Shown here: positions 18,148 to 31,316 of the stretch, one piece after another
Numbering within the stretch: the first letter of the stretch is position 1
Layout of the letters: each line of letters opens with the position of its first letter
Assembly (NCBI GenBank): GCA_951406725.2
Contig: OX597831.1
Location: 58,280,001 to 58,344,000 of the forward strand
Source: Octopus vulgaris
Lineage: Eukaryota
Direction of reading: 5' to 3'
DNA length: 64,000 nt
Notes under the pieces: model-generated
What the model was told of the DNA's origin: nothing
The model's database searches: none
Seen by the model: the letters and a program-made list of their open reading frames with translations, nothing else
Program-made: the position numbers and the translations under genes

Positions 18148-18569
18148 TTGTATTCTTCTGTGCTGTTTCTTTGTCGCTGTGTCTATATATATTAAAGTGA
18201 CTACACAAAAGTGTATATTTTGCAGAGCATATTTCTTTTTTCGAATCTGGTGATTCACTTAGAGGCTAAACAGGGTGCACCGCACACGCACACAGATATA
18301 CACGCATGCCCACACATACACACCTGCAGCCATACGTGCACACACACACACATTCCCTCCCCTTGCTTTTACTGTTTCACATTTAACATATATGAATCTG
18401 ATAATACACTAAATCGCTACCCGTTTGTTTTCGATCGAGATAATCTGCACCACAGTACATAGGAATGGTTCGTGGAATGACTATAAAGGAGTTAATAACA
18501 CCACGAAACAAATGTTATTTGCATTTGGTCACACTAGGTAGTGTGTGACCAATACACTTTTTCATTCCA

Positions 18570-18745
18570 AATTAAAACAACTGAATATCAAATTAAAATA
18601 AACGAATTTGATATTACAATAAATGAATCTCGAATTAAAACAACTGAACTATGGATTTAAATTATATGAACTTAATTCATATCAGATGAACTTTTATTTG
18701 AAATAAATGAATACCAATTTATAATATATGAAATTGTTATTAAAA
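18570..18745. repeat. Degenerate 21-bp minisatellite (about 8 units)
   Basis: Recurrent aaattaaaacaactgaa-like units at about 21-bp spacing. Confidence 0.6.
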
Positions 18746-18794
18746 TAACTAGCGCGAAATTATAAAAATTACTATTTGATTTGAATCACATTTT

Positions 18795-18847
18795 GTATTG
18801 CTTCAGCAATACTTATACTAGAATTGGAACGATACAGAGAAGTTTTT
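18795..18847 (+). pseudogene. U6: 3'-truncated U6 snRNA copy (5' stem-loop to ACAGAGA box)
   Basis: gtattgc ttca gcaatac hairpin, then TATACTAGAATTGGAACGATACAGAGAAG (one mismatch to canonical U6), then TTTTT. Confidence 0.85.
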
Positions 18848-19029
18848 AAAGATTTTGTTTAAAGTCATGATATTTACAGATACAGTCAAGATTTCCTACA
18901 AGAGGAAAAAAATATTGCACGTCATTTCATGTACTGTAATACATATTATTGTATAAATAGAAGAATAAAGGATAATGAAGTAATGTACAGCTTGTATTTC
19001 CATACACATTGTTATACCGAAGAAAACAA

Positions 19030-19469
19030 AGATCTTTTCGGTTTGAACGGCAGTTTTTTCTAGAGGTGTCATATGAAATTGTCACCCATAATTATGACCT
19101 TAGTATCGATCTATTGTATTTCAATCTGTTTTAGTGTTAGGGTTAGTTAGGATTAGGGTTAGGGTTAGGAGTGGGGGAAGGGTATATTTTTTTCTTCACA
19201 AATGTAAATAAACCCAACCTGTTTCTTAAACGAGGGACATATTCATACGGCACAGAATGATTTTTTTACCTCAATAGACGTCAGTGATTGGTTGAAATTG
19301 TAGAAATTGAAAAAAAAACACAACAAATATCTTACAAACTATAGAATTTTCTCAATAAAGTCATGAGAAAAAGATGTTTTATAAACACATTCTACCAGTA
19401 TACGAAGTTTAAAATTTTTTAGTTACCTAGAAATTATGTTAAAAACTGCCGTTCAAACTGAAAAGATCC
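19030..19469. mobile_element. MITE with about 30-bp TIRs and 8-bp TSD
   Basis: TIRs gatcttttcggtttgaacggcagttttt / aaaaactgccgttcaaactgaaaagatcc; TSD gaaaacaa; internal TTAGGG repeats. Confidence 0.88.
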
Positions 19470-19599
19470 GAAAACAATATTTACATGAAAAGAATGAATA
19501 TTTCTCGCATGTTATTACGAAAAAAGATAACAAGCAAAGAATGATGGACATTTCTTTTGCTTGTACATAAAATTACATGAAAAAATAATTCAGTTATCA

Positions 19600-20680
19600 C
19601 CTAATTGTAAATCCTGTAGCCGCATCACACCAACTATATACTTTTGGATATGGATGCAAGTTCAGAGATGCAAAGCTGGTATGATGGTTGAAATGGCATT
19701 AGCAATTGAGCATTCTAGGTACTGTATTCGATACTCACTCTCTGTCATACCAATTGCTGGAGTATTTATCACATTAGCAAAATTATCTTCCAGAAAGCTC
19801 TTCACTGCAGCTTTCACGATGCTCCAATACACTTCAATGGGGTTTAGTGGACAACTATATGTGCTTCCATGCAATATATCGAACCCGTAGAATTCTTTCT
19901 TCGTAACAATGCTTTCAAGGTCAGTATAAAAGGGTACATTATCACAAACAACTACAATGTAGCCAAGAAAATCAGTAATTGTGTGGAGCATCGGACCATT
20001 CGTCGTTGCCATTCCTGATAATCTTCCTTCTTCTAGCTTCCCCTTCAGCGTTCCCAATAAACGATACAAGGCTGTGAAACTCCAACATGTATATAAATGT
20101 TTTTTGTTCTTTAGTTGTAGAACTTTTCCTCATGCATCTAACCCAGCCTGAGATTGTCGTAGGAAAAAATTCAAATTTGTTTCGTCAGTATAGACTACTA
20201 TAATTTTCCCACGTTGAATCCTTTGCATTAATTTCTCCAAATGTTTCTTCCTTTTCTTTATTTACTTTGAAAGTCACTGAGACGGGTTGTGAGAGTACGC
20301 TTTTCATTGTGTATAACTGACCGTCGAGATGTCTGTGACCTGGGTTCATGCTCTCAGTGAAGCCAACCACATTAGCAAACTTGGCAGCAATCTCCTTCAG
20401 TGTGATAATTGGGGTTTCCAACACATATTGTTTTATCGTGTCAATGTGGTCTTGGCGAACTTTTGTCTCACGAAAACCAACACGCTCAACAGCACAAATT
20501 ATTCCCTCACTGGCAGTAGAAAAAAATGATAAAGTTAGCTGCTGCAACAGCTTTCCAAGAAGCATCATTCTCAGCTGCTGCTATCATTCTTTCTTAGCTT
20601 CAAAGGCTGCGACAGTTTTGGAGTTTTTGTCTCGCTTCCTATCATACTTCATTCCCTTTCCCTTCAATATGGGTTCTTGA
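19600..20680 (-). mobile_element. Degenerate Tc1/IS630-like DDE transposase
   Basis: VVVCDNVPFY and STYSCPLNPIEVYWSIVKAAVK resemble DNxxxH...PYSPxLNPIExxWxxxK; upstream HTH-like ITLKEIAAK; broken frames. Confidence 0.75.
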
Positions 20681-20690
20681 ATGTAGGCAT

Positions 20691-20931
20691 GAATATCTGT
20701 TTTTTTATTTCCCACCAGGGGTTAAACATAGAGGGGACAAACAAGGACAGACAAACAGATTAAGTCGATTATATCGACCCCAGTGCATAACTGGTACTCA
20801 TTTAATCGACCCCGAAAGGACGAAAGGCAAAGTCGACCTCGGCGGAATTTGAACTCAGAATGTAGCGGCAGACGAAATACGGCTACGCATTTCGCCCGGC
20901 GTGCTAACGATTCTGCCAGCTCGTTGCCTTC
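20691..20931 (-). mobile_element. SINE family B
   Basis: Reverse complement of family B; TSD atgtaggcat (20681-20690 / 20932-20941). Confidence 0.88.
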
Positions 20932-23051
20932 ATGTAGGCATTAAAAACACCTTTCTCTGAGCTATATTTATTTGCACGTAAATTCATACTCTTACTGGTA
21001 TTTGAAACCATGTAATGAAGCGGTATGCAACCACTATAATATCAAGTAGCTAAAAACGACCAATATACAAAACATTACCAAACTGTAGTGGTGGTGTCAG
21101 AGAAGGCTAATAATTAGGCCTGTCACTTCAAAATATGTACAGTTCATCCGATTGGCCTCCATACAGTTTCTGTTAACCCAGGTTCACCAGCAAGGCTATA
21201 AGTAGATTTGAAACAAAATGGGGAATCGGAATTCCTAGCCACAAGAATGTGTTTGTTTATAACTTTGGATGGAGTTTTATAGGAAAATGAGACAGGAGCT
21301 CCGAAGAATTAAAATATTCATTCACAATCTTACATAGAATTATTAGAAATATAAAAATACAATTGTTTACTGTGAAGAGAAAGGAAGAACCCAATGCTGA
21401 AGATTTCGGTTTCGGTGCGTCAACAAGCAACGTTTGTTAGATATGAAATACTTATTTTCCTAACTCAATCTGTTAACTCGACTGAATCCACTAAATAGCT
21501 CCGCTTTCAATTTTAATGGTTTATGGTGTACCTTATGAATATTTTGTATGAACTATATTATTATCATTAATCTCTTAAATATTTTAATTTAAATTGTACT
21601 CCTGTCTAATAATTTGTAAATCAGTTATCTGTTTTATTTCGAGCAACGTCTCTCAGAATGCCTGAATCTATTTCATATTTCCCTCAAACACACCCCGAGG
21701 GGAAGTTTCGAAGCCATTGGAACGGAATAACTATAATTTCTATTATTATAATTGGATTCAACAAGATTTTAATTTCTCCAGTTCCATGTTTATGTCCTCT
21801 CAGGAATAATTTAATTTCAGGGAAATAGTAAACGATAGAGGCTAAAATTAGCCAATTGTGTCCCCGCAATAAAAGCTGTATGAATATCATATGTACGTAC
21901 GTACGTACGTATGTATGTATGTATGTATGTATGTATGTATGTATGTATGTATGTATGTATGTATGTGAGTGTGCTTGCGTGCTTGCGTGTGTTTGTGTGT
22001 GTGTGCACGTACACAAGTAAATGAAGTATCAAAGAACATCATAACGCGAGTTATGTATATCTCATGGGATAATATTACAAGAAATTTCCATGGATTTCTC
22101 GTTTGAAGCGACCAAGACACGAAGTCTATTTTCAACAGGAATAATACAAATCACATATAGCAGATATTATAAAAAGCGTTGATTTTAGCTTCATGTATTA
22201 TTCAACAAAACATTGAATTTGAAATGAGCTAAACTTTTAACGAGAACAACATTAAAGATTGTTTATTCGGTAAGCCTCAGAGACGGAAGAGGACGAATAT
22301 TAAAGCTAAAGAATATGCAAAATGATTAAGAGAAATCCAACGTAAAATTAATGTTATCCTTATTTTATCGCAGATGGTTTCCTCTCATGAATGCATATTG
22401 TAAATACGGGTGGATTGGTGCAACAAATATACGTACATCAAAGAACGGAAGAATAAAGTTTTAATCAATTCATCTATGAGTTTCATAGTAATCAGTTAGT
22501 CAATAAATAAACCAAAGCAAATAAAAGCACGCCCTCCTCCTTCCACCTCTGCCTCTGACTGTCTTCCCTTCCCGCTCTAAGTCTGTCTCTTTCTACCTCC
22601 GTCTCTGTCTCTGTCTCTTTAACCTATGGCGTCATTTGCTTATTATCCATGATTTAATATTTCACGCTGGTTTGAAACATACGAGGATAGGAGGGAAAGA
22701 TGACTGGGGTATCGCATGATCAGTAAAAATCTGAGGGAGTGTCCTTGTTGTGTGAATCGATAGTAAGCCTGCTTACTAACCAATGAATGACTGCTTCGTA
22801 TTTCATCGTTTGCGCAGTTTTGCTGATGTTGTCATCGACATTTAACACTAATTCACTTAGTTTACTGGTTCACTTATTTATATATTTGTTTATGCTTTTT
22901 ATAACGCAATCGATGAGAAATAACTTTGTTGCTTACAAGTGATTTGCCGAAACGGACGAATCGCTACAGACAATAAGACAAAAACAAAACCCATCACTTG
23001 CAAGTTTGAAAAGTAGCGGTTTTCTTTACCGGTATTTATATCCTTCGATAG

Positions 23052-24081
23052 GGCGGCGAGCTGGCAGAAACGTTAGCACGCCGGGCGAAATGCTTAGCGG
23101 TATTTCGTCTGCCGTTACGTTCTGAGTTCAAATTCCGCCGAGGTCGACTTTGCCTTTCATCCTTTCGGGGTCGATAAATTAAGTACCAGTTACGCACTGG
23201 GGTCGATATAATCGACTTAATACCTATGTCTGTCCATGTTTGTCTCCTCTACGTTTAGCCCCTTGTGGGTAATAAAGAAATAGGTATTTCGTCTGCCGCT
23301 ACGTTCTGAGTTCAAATTCCGCCGAGGTCGACTTTGCCTTTCATCCTTTCGGGGTCGATAAATTAAGTACCAGTTACGCACTGGGGTCGATATAATCGAC
23401 TTAATACCTATGTCTGTCCATGTTTGTCTCCTCTACGTTTAGCCCCTTGTGGGTAATAAAGAAATAGGTATTTCGTCTGCCGCTACGTTCTGAGTTCAAA
23501 TTCCGCCGCGGCCTTTCATCCTTTCGGGGTCGATAAATTAAGTACCAGTTACGCACTGGGGTCGATATAATCGACTTAATCCGTTTGTCTGTCCTTGTTT
23601 GTCCCCTCTGTGTGAAGCCCCTTGTGGGTAGTAAAGAAATAGGTATTTATATCCTTCGATAAGGCGGCGAGCTGGCAGAAACGTTAGCACCCCGGGCGAA
23701 ATGCTTAGCGGTATTTCGTCTGCCGTTATGTTGTGAGTTCAAATTCCGCCATGATCGACTTTGCCTTTCATCCTTTCGGGGTTGATTAAATTAAGTACCA
23801 GTTACGCACTGGGGTCGATATAATCGACTTAATCCGTTTGTCTGTCCTTGTTTGTCCCCTCTATATGTTTAGCCCCTTGTGGGTAAGTAAAGAAATAGGT
23901 ATTTCGTCTGCCGCTACGTTCTGAGTTCAAATTCCGCCGCGGTCCACTTTGCCTTTCATCCTTTCGGAGTCGATAAATTAAGTACCAGTTACGCACTGGG
24001 GTCGATATAATCGACTTAATCCGTTTGTCTGTCCTTGTTTGTTCCCTCTGTGTGTAGCCCCTTGTGGGCAGTAAAGAAATA
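23052..24081 (+). mobile_element. Tandem array of five family B SINE units
   Basis: Two full heads (23052, 23663) plus three units restarting at ggtatttcgtctgccg; period about 185 bp. Confidence 0.9.
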
Positions 24082-24164
24082 CATTGGCGAAAAATATATA
24101 TTGACATGCACACATACAAGATACGCACATGCAAATATAACTGAGGATCTACGTATATATCCTT

Positions 24165-24373
24165 TTATCGTTTTAATTATTTTAGTCATCAGACTGCGGC
24201 CATGCTGGGGCACCACCTTGAAGAACTTTTAGTCGGACAAATCAGCCCCAGTACTTATTATTTTTTAAAGCCTGGTACTCATTCTGTCGGTCATTTTTTG
24301 CTGAACCTCTAAATTACAGACGTGAAACAAACCAACACCGGTTGTCCCCCTCTCTAACACGCACGTACGCGCG

Positions 24374-24408
<35 letters not shown>

Positions 24409-24555
24409 CGGAATTATTTCAGTTTCCGTCAACCAAATTCACTAACAAAACTTTGGTCGGTCAGAGGTTATAGTAGAAGATACTTTCCTGAGGGCTGAAC
24501 CCGGAACCATGTGGTTGGGAAGCAAGCTTCTTACCACACTGCCACGGCTGCGCCT
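24165..24555 (-). mobile_element. Family A SINE
   Basis: Reverse complement of family A with internal (CA)n. Confidence 0.75.
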
Positions 24556-24934
24556 ATGTATAAGAAAAACAAAAAGTCAAAGGTCTTTCCCGTGCCATAC
24601 GTTCTTGAGGCTGGTTCCCGGATTCTGTGGAGTATATCGTCACCCCTGAATGAGACACTGGTCCGTTTCCAGTTGAGTAGATGGAGTAAAGTGGAATAGA
24701 GTTTTACTGAAAAAAACACAACGCATTATCAGTTCTAGGAATCGAAACCCCAATCTTATGGTCATGAGTGCAACATTTCTGACCATTAAGCCACGCGCTT
24801 CCATGAGCCCACAAATACATATGCAAATATGAAATTATGTACGCATGTAAACATATATGTAATGTAAAATAGATTCATATCGAGCTCACTCACAGAGAAG
24901 AAAAAGTATTTTTTTCATGAGACAATTTAAAATG

Positions 24935-25343
24935 CTTGGCTATGTGGTAAGAAGTTTGCTTCTCAACAACATGGTTACAGGTTCAGTCCTACTGTGTGGC
25001 ACATTATGAGTAGAGACGGAAACTGAAAGTGGTTAGGGTGCTGCACTCACGATCTGGCGATCATGGTTTCAGTTCCTAGACCGGGCAGTGCGTTGTGTTC
25101 TTGAGCAAAACACTTCATCTTACGTTGCTCTGCGATCACTTCGACACCTGACACGTGGTACAGAGTGCTGCCGTTCAGATAGCGTCGATCTGATGGAGAG
25201 AGTAAGCTAATGTGCGGCAGGAACATTTGATCACTGTAAACAAATCATTTGTGCAGGTCATTCGGCAAAAGCTGAACGCTCATATGTGTACATACATACA
25301 TGCATACATACATGCATACATACATATATATGTACAAATACTT

Positions 25344-25378
<35 letters not shown>

Positions 25379-25407
25379 CATACATATATATAACTAAATA
25401 TACATAC

Positions 25408-25443
<36 letters not shown>

Positions 25444-25672
25444 GTGTGCGTGTGTGCGTGTCTTTGTTAGTGTTTGTCCCCCACCACTGCTTAACAACCA
25501 GTGGTAGTTTGTTTACGTCCCCGTAACTTAGTGGTTCGGCAAATAACATCGATAGAATAAATGCCAGTCTTGTATAAAAAGGACTGGGATCGATTCGTTC
25601 AACTAAAAATTCTTCAACGCAGTGCCCTAGTATGCTCGCAGTCTAACGACTGAAACAAGTATAAGATAAAAG
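24935..25672 (+). mobile_element. Family A SINE interrupted by a family C-like SINE (about 25030-25282)
   Basis: Head 24935-25029, second tRNA-like head at 25030, family A tail 25460-25672. Confidence 0.6.
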
Positions 25673-25717
25673 TCAAACATCCTTTTTAAAAGACGAGTTA
25701 GAACTGACGAACAGTAA

Positions 25718-26375
25718 AGCATATTCGTCATCAGCGACAGAATCAATATTTGGTCAAAATAGCATTCTGTATATCGTACTTAACGTAGATATGCTGTAGA
25801 AGCCAGAAAAGCGCAGTTTGCGCCCTGAGAAAGCATCTTGTATGGACGTATAGTAAAAGGCTTAGAGGAAAAGCGTCTTGCAGCAACAGAATTGCTAAGT
25901 TTAGATTTCTGCTTCTTTGAGAGTCATCAATTGCAAGTATCCAACAGCAAACGGATGCTTAAACAAATCGAGCCGAACTCACAGTGTTGTGGTTTTCTGA
26001 CAGTATATCCACGTTAAGTTAAATATACAGAATGCTATTTTGAGCGAATACGTTTCCATCACTAATAACGAATTTTTACGTAGCCTGCCTGCTATTTGCG
26101 ACACCAGTCAATCACTATTTTTTCTATATTAGTAGAGGCTAAATTTGTGTGAGCGTAAGGCTGTTAGTGGATACTTGCTACTGATGATGCTCAAAGAAGC
26201 AGAAATCCGGATATATCAATTGAACCGCCGCTACTAGATGCTTTTCATTTGCAACTGGTATACTTTTCAGCTTTTCAGTACTATATACGTCTATACGATA
26301 TGCTTTCCCAAGACGAATATCACAGTTTTCTAGCTTCCTGCTGTATCCACGTTAATTAAGATATACAGAATGGTA
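25718..26375 (+). mobile_element. Old HHR-bearing insert: inverted arm + monomer + partial tandem repeat
   Basis: 25718-25950 aligns in reverse to 26160-26372 continued by 26035-26080; 26006-26037 recurs at 26344-26375 (period about 338). Confidence 0.65.
26175..26219 (+). ncRNA. Type I hammerhead ribozyme
   Basis: ttgcta-CTGATGA-tgct caaaga agca-GAAA-tccgga-TA-tatcaa; decayed inverted copy at 25891-25936 keeps the perfect partner tagcaa. Confidence 0.75.
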
Positions 26376-26823
26376 AAGATTATATTTATTTCATTGAAAT
26401 GAATATAGAAAAGTTGCACACAAGGGTATAAAAAAAAGCTAACACAAAATCGGAATTGAGTGGAAATGATATATTGCCAAGGAAAAAAAGAAAAAAAAAA
26501 AAGAAAGGAAAAATGACAGAATAGTAGGTTTCAGCAAAAAGGTAGAGAAGATTGAAGTTCTGACTCGACATGATCGAGTGAATTTTTAAATTGAACAAAT
26601 CCCTAAAGATCAGCGATACGAAATTTCCAGAAAATTGAGTGAGGTTTTGATCTGACAAATTTTTGCATGATAAATTTTATTCATGTTAATACAGAATTAT
26701 TGATATTATCTCATGCCTTCCTTTCTATAAGTTTCTCGGCTTTACTATCCCAACAGCCCTCAGCAGGAAGTAGACGAAAAGTTTGCCTGGAGATCAGCAT
26801 TTTAGCTACATATATACACATAT

Positions 26824-27140
26824 GTGGAGGCGCAATGACTCAGTGGTTAGGGCAGCGGACTCGCAGTCGTAAGATCGTGGTTTCGATTCCCAGACCGGGC
26901 GTTGTGAATATTTATTGAGCAAAAACATCTAAAGCTCCACGAAACTCCGGCAGGGGGTGGTGGCGATCCCTGTTGTACCCTTTCTTTCGCCACAACTTTC
27001 TCTTACTCTTTCTTCTGTTGGCCTGCTCACTTAGCCAGCGGGGTGTCGTCATTTGAAGGCTAAAACATTGCGAAGCGCATTGTGACCAGCGATCTGTAGC
27101 AACATCTGATAGCCTGGTCGGTCATGGTAATCACGGTGAT
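26824..27140 (+). mobile_element. SINE family C
   Basis: Matches 14833-15145. Confidence 0.85.
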
Positions 27141-27163
27141 ATACACATATTCATATATATATA

Positions 27164-27224
<61 letters not shown>

Positions 27225-27289
27225 GTGTTTGTGTATGTCTGTGTATGTGTGTTTGTGTGTGTGTGTTTAAATGTATGATATATGTATGG

Positions 27290-27690
27290 GTGTGAGCTAT
27301 GACATTTACTTCCGAACCACATGGTTTTGGGTTCCTTCCCACTGCTCGGCACCTTGGGCAAGTGTCTTCTTTAGACACGGGCTGACCAAAACCTTGTGAA
27401 TGTATTTGGGAGATGAAAACTAAATGAAGCCCGTCGTATACATACATATGCACGTATGTGTGTGTGTGTGTGTGTGTTAATGTGTAGTTTTGTGTCTGTG
27501 TTTATCTTCTTTCATCGTTTGACAACCGGCGTTGATGTGTTTACGTTCTTGTAACAAGCGGCTCGGCAAAAGTTATCAATAAAATAAGTGCCAGGCGTAA
27601 AATAAAAAATAAGTACAGGGGTCGATTCATTCGACCAAAATTCTTCAAGGCGGTTCCCCAGCATGAATGCAGTAGAAGGACTAAAACAAG
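27290..27690 (+). mobile_element. Family A SINE (diverged)
   Basis: CORE-like ggcaccttgggcaagtgtcttct, internal (TG)n and family A tail. Confidence 0.75.
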
Positions 27691-28702
27691 TCTACGTTAA
27701 AATATTTTGTATATAGCATTTCAGCGAGAACTTTATTTACGTTAATTATTCTGTTAAACATAATACTACATGGTTACTTAACTTTTAATACTAAATATGG
27801 CATTTTGTCTCGATTTTATCGAGCAGATGTAATCAGGGATTTTGATATATAGTTCTGAGTTAAGCATATTAGTGTGATACATGTCTTAACACATTTAACG
27901 AGACAACATTTTGGAAAGGATTAGCATTTTTCAGAATTTTCAATGAGATAGCAGTTAAGCTGGTGATTAAATTAATTCAATAAGAATTTTTTTTTTGATT
28001 CTATAAACTAGATTTTGTGTTTGTAATTCGATTATATCTTTTACTAAATTCAATATAATGAAACAAAAACCGAAATTCGTAAATGTTTAAATAAACTTTA
28101 GTAGCTGTCAAAAACCGAAGACAAGAACGTGATGCAGAATGAAACCATTGAATATGTAACGATCAGGTTTCTCGAATCAAGTAAAGTCGTTAAGTTCGGA
28201 AGCTGCTGTTTAGTTCAGATCTGACCTGATTGAATTGATTTGTGACAATTTCCAACCGTGACAATCCATATTTTTAGGAGTATATAAGATCACCATAGAG
28301 TGATGTGCCTTACTGTTTTCAGGACGCTAGAATGTTATTTGTGGGGAGATTTGTTTGCTATTTCTAACAAATCTAGTAACTAAGGCTGTCTCGTTATGAA
28401 AAAAAAAATGCTTAAATATTTTACATCACTTATTTAAACTTGCTCTGTTCTGACCATAAAGTATTATTTCGATAAATTGACATCATTTTATCGAAAACAG
28501 TTATTCGAAATACAATTGCTCGAATAAAAAATTTTCGAAGTAATACTTGATCAAATCAAGAATTAATAAAACTATAGGGAATATTCAAAATACAGAAAAT
28601 AGGTTGAAGGAAGGTAATTTCCTTTTCATTAAAATATTATGTTGTATGCGTGTTTACTTGTGATATGCCTATGTTTGCAATCTGAAAACTAGTGTAATTT
28701 AT

Positions 28703-28947
28703 AGTTCTATATTTAAGAGATGAGGAATTATGTAGATTATTTACAATTGACGGATAGTTGTCCTCATCTTGTTTAATTGACGGATAGTTGTCCTCATTTT
28801 GTTTGTTGTTAACACAACGTTTCTGCTGATTTATCCTCCAGCCTTCCTCAGGTGTCTTGAGGGAAATTTCGAACCTGGGTTCTCATTCCTAAGGTAGTTT
28901 TTGATGTTGGACAAATATCCGTCAATTATAAATAATGTAAATAATGG
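28703..28947 (-). mobile_element. Short HHR-bearing insert with inverted end and 12-bp TSD
   Basis: agtgtaatttat at 28691-28702 and 28948-28959; 28909-28945 is the inverse of 28727-28763; 30-bp internal tandem duplication. Confidence 0.75.
28811..28856 (-). ncRNA. Minimal type I hammerhead (loopless ACGT stem III)
   Basis: gacac-CTGAGGA-a-ggctg...cagca-GAAA-CG-TT-gtgtt. Confidence 0.65.
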
Positions 28948-30714
28948 AGTGTAATTTATGTTAATAACCCTTTCTGACCTTTCAGATTGCTGGTTCACAA
29001 TCTATGATAACAGAATCGACATTTGAAAATTGCACTGTTCAACAAAATTACGTGAATCGTTCATTAGTATTAAATTAGCGGTTCAACAAAATTACATAAA
29101 AGTTTTTAAATCTCGTAATGGGCCACCGCAAGTAATATAAATCTATCGTACAGTCTAAAAACACATTTTCTTTTTTACTGTAAGCATACACGTGACACAT
29201 AACCATAGAAGCATAACCAGTTTTTATGTTTGAATACAAACTTTTAGAAATAAAATCTGACAATTTGACGTTTTGGAAATGAATTCTTTTCTGTTCAATA
29301 TAATTCGAAAAATTGTTAGCTCGATCAACTGTTACTTCGAACAATTGTCATTTCGGCTTCCTGTTTTTGACAAAATTTTAGTTTGTTCTTTTAATTTCAT
29401 TATTACAATATTCGCTCTCTAATTCTATATAATTTATCTCTCATTTTCTTCCGGTTGGACAGCTTTTGGCAATTTGATACCGCACCCCCTTTATAGTTTA
29501 AGTTCAAAACTTTTTCATGTTTCCTCGGCTTTTCATTTTTTTTTTGGCTAATAAACTTGTATTAACTGTTCGAATAAGTGCTTGAATCGATATAATCGAT
29601 TATATTCCATAAGATAGCCCTAGAATGTCCACAGCCTAATGATTGAAACCAGAAAATAATTAACAGAAAAGTAAATCTATTGGCTTTTGGGTTAACTTAA
29701 TCAACTTAATATATTTCTGTCTCTTCTTCTCCATCTCATTCTCCATGTCACACACGCACACACACACACACCTTCTCTCTCACACACTCTCATACATACA
29801 CAAATACACGATTGCTCTGCTTCTTTTACTCTCTTTGATTTGCGTACAAATAATAATTAGCAAGCATTTGGCCCTGTTCAAAGAGAACATTAGCCTTTTC
29901 GTCTTTATTTGCATTTTTCCCTGTCACCCAAGTATTTCACGCACGCACTTACACGCGCACACAGACACAGATACAGAAACGCACATAGACACACACATAC
30001 ATATACACAAACACACACACACACTGACACACATACACATACACATTCTCTTCATTTAAGACTTGTTGATAAAGAGAACAAACATTTCAGAACTCATCGA
30101 AAAGAAAAGCCATCATTCATTGAGAAGGATTTACTCGGAAGCATACTACACACTCTGGCACACTCACTCGTATTTCTATCTTTTCAACTTGAACAAGAAC
30201 AATTTCTGCTCATCTGAACTACCCAGTTGAAGAACATTTCCATAAGATATGTCCGCGACATACACAGGTTTCTTTCACTCCCACTACGTTTCACACTTAA
30301 AGTGTCTATCCGCTCAAATTCTGCGCTATCCACTTTGTTCAATCCTTCGACCTATACACTGAACTTATTCCTCCTTCTCACGTTTTAATCCACTAATGTT
30401 ACGCTAAATACAAACAGCATGACACAAAGCATATAAAGGTTATACATATCGTCTCGTTCTCTCAACTAATTCTGTCTTTATGTCTGTTTTGTACTGTCCT
30501 GCATACATGGCTGCGCTCTTACGGTTTCAGTAGAGTATCACTTTTGTATGAGAAGAGGTTACTAATCCGTTGCTCAAATCCTTTTTATTCATGGACAAAG
30601 ATAAGCCACTGCAAAAGAAATAAAAAGAGGGACTGATTATCGTATGGCATCACTAATTTTACTGTTTTATACTTTTACAGATTGCGATCGTTAAACCTTT
30701 AGCCAATCATATTG

Positions 30715-30930
30715 GCTTCAAATTTTGGCACAAGGCCAGCAAATTTCGGGGTAAGGGTGGGGGCTAAGTTTATCACATCGATTCCAGTGCTCAACTGGTG
30801 TTTATTTTATCGACTCCGAAAGGATGAAAGGCAAAGTTGATCTCGGCAGATTTGAACTCAAAATGTATAGACGGACAAAATGTCGCTAAGCATTTTCCTC
30901 GGCATTATAACGATCCTGCTGGTCTCCCAT
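30715..30930 (-). mobile_element. Family B SINE (diverged); similar relics at about 43110-43230 and 57055-57190
   Basis: tcgactccgaaaggatgaaaggcaaag core. Confidence 0.7.
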
Positions 30931-31243
30931 CTTCTTCTAGCCATTCATATTGATTCCAGTTTGTGCTTCGCTCTGGTGCCCATTAGATCAAACTTTCGCT
31001 TCGATTCCTGAGTTACAAATTTGACTTCGAGGGAAACAGAGACACTGTCTAACACTTGTAAAACACACACACACAAGATTTTGGTGTGTGTGTGTGTGTG
31101 TGTTTATACCTTATTGATACGTCTGGCTTTCAGAAACGTGAGAAACAGAATGAAATATGAAAAGCCGATCATATATATACATATACAAGTTCCAGGTGAG
31201 ATTGCAACAGGAGTGACATAGAGACCTAGAGTTTTGTTTCTAG

Positions 31244-31278
<35 letters not shown>

Positions 31279-31281
31279 GGC

Positions 31282-31316
<35 letters not shown>

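Noticed and set aside
21396-21460. ctgaaga...gaaatactta HHR candidate
   Set aside because: No convincing stem I or II.
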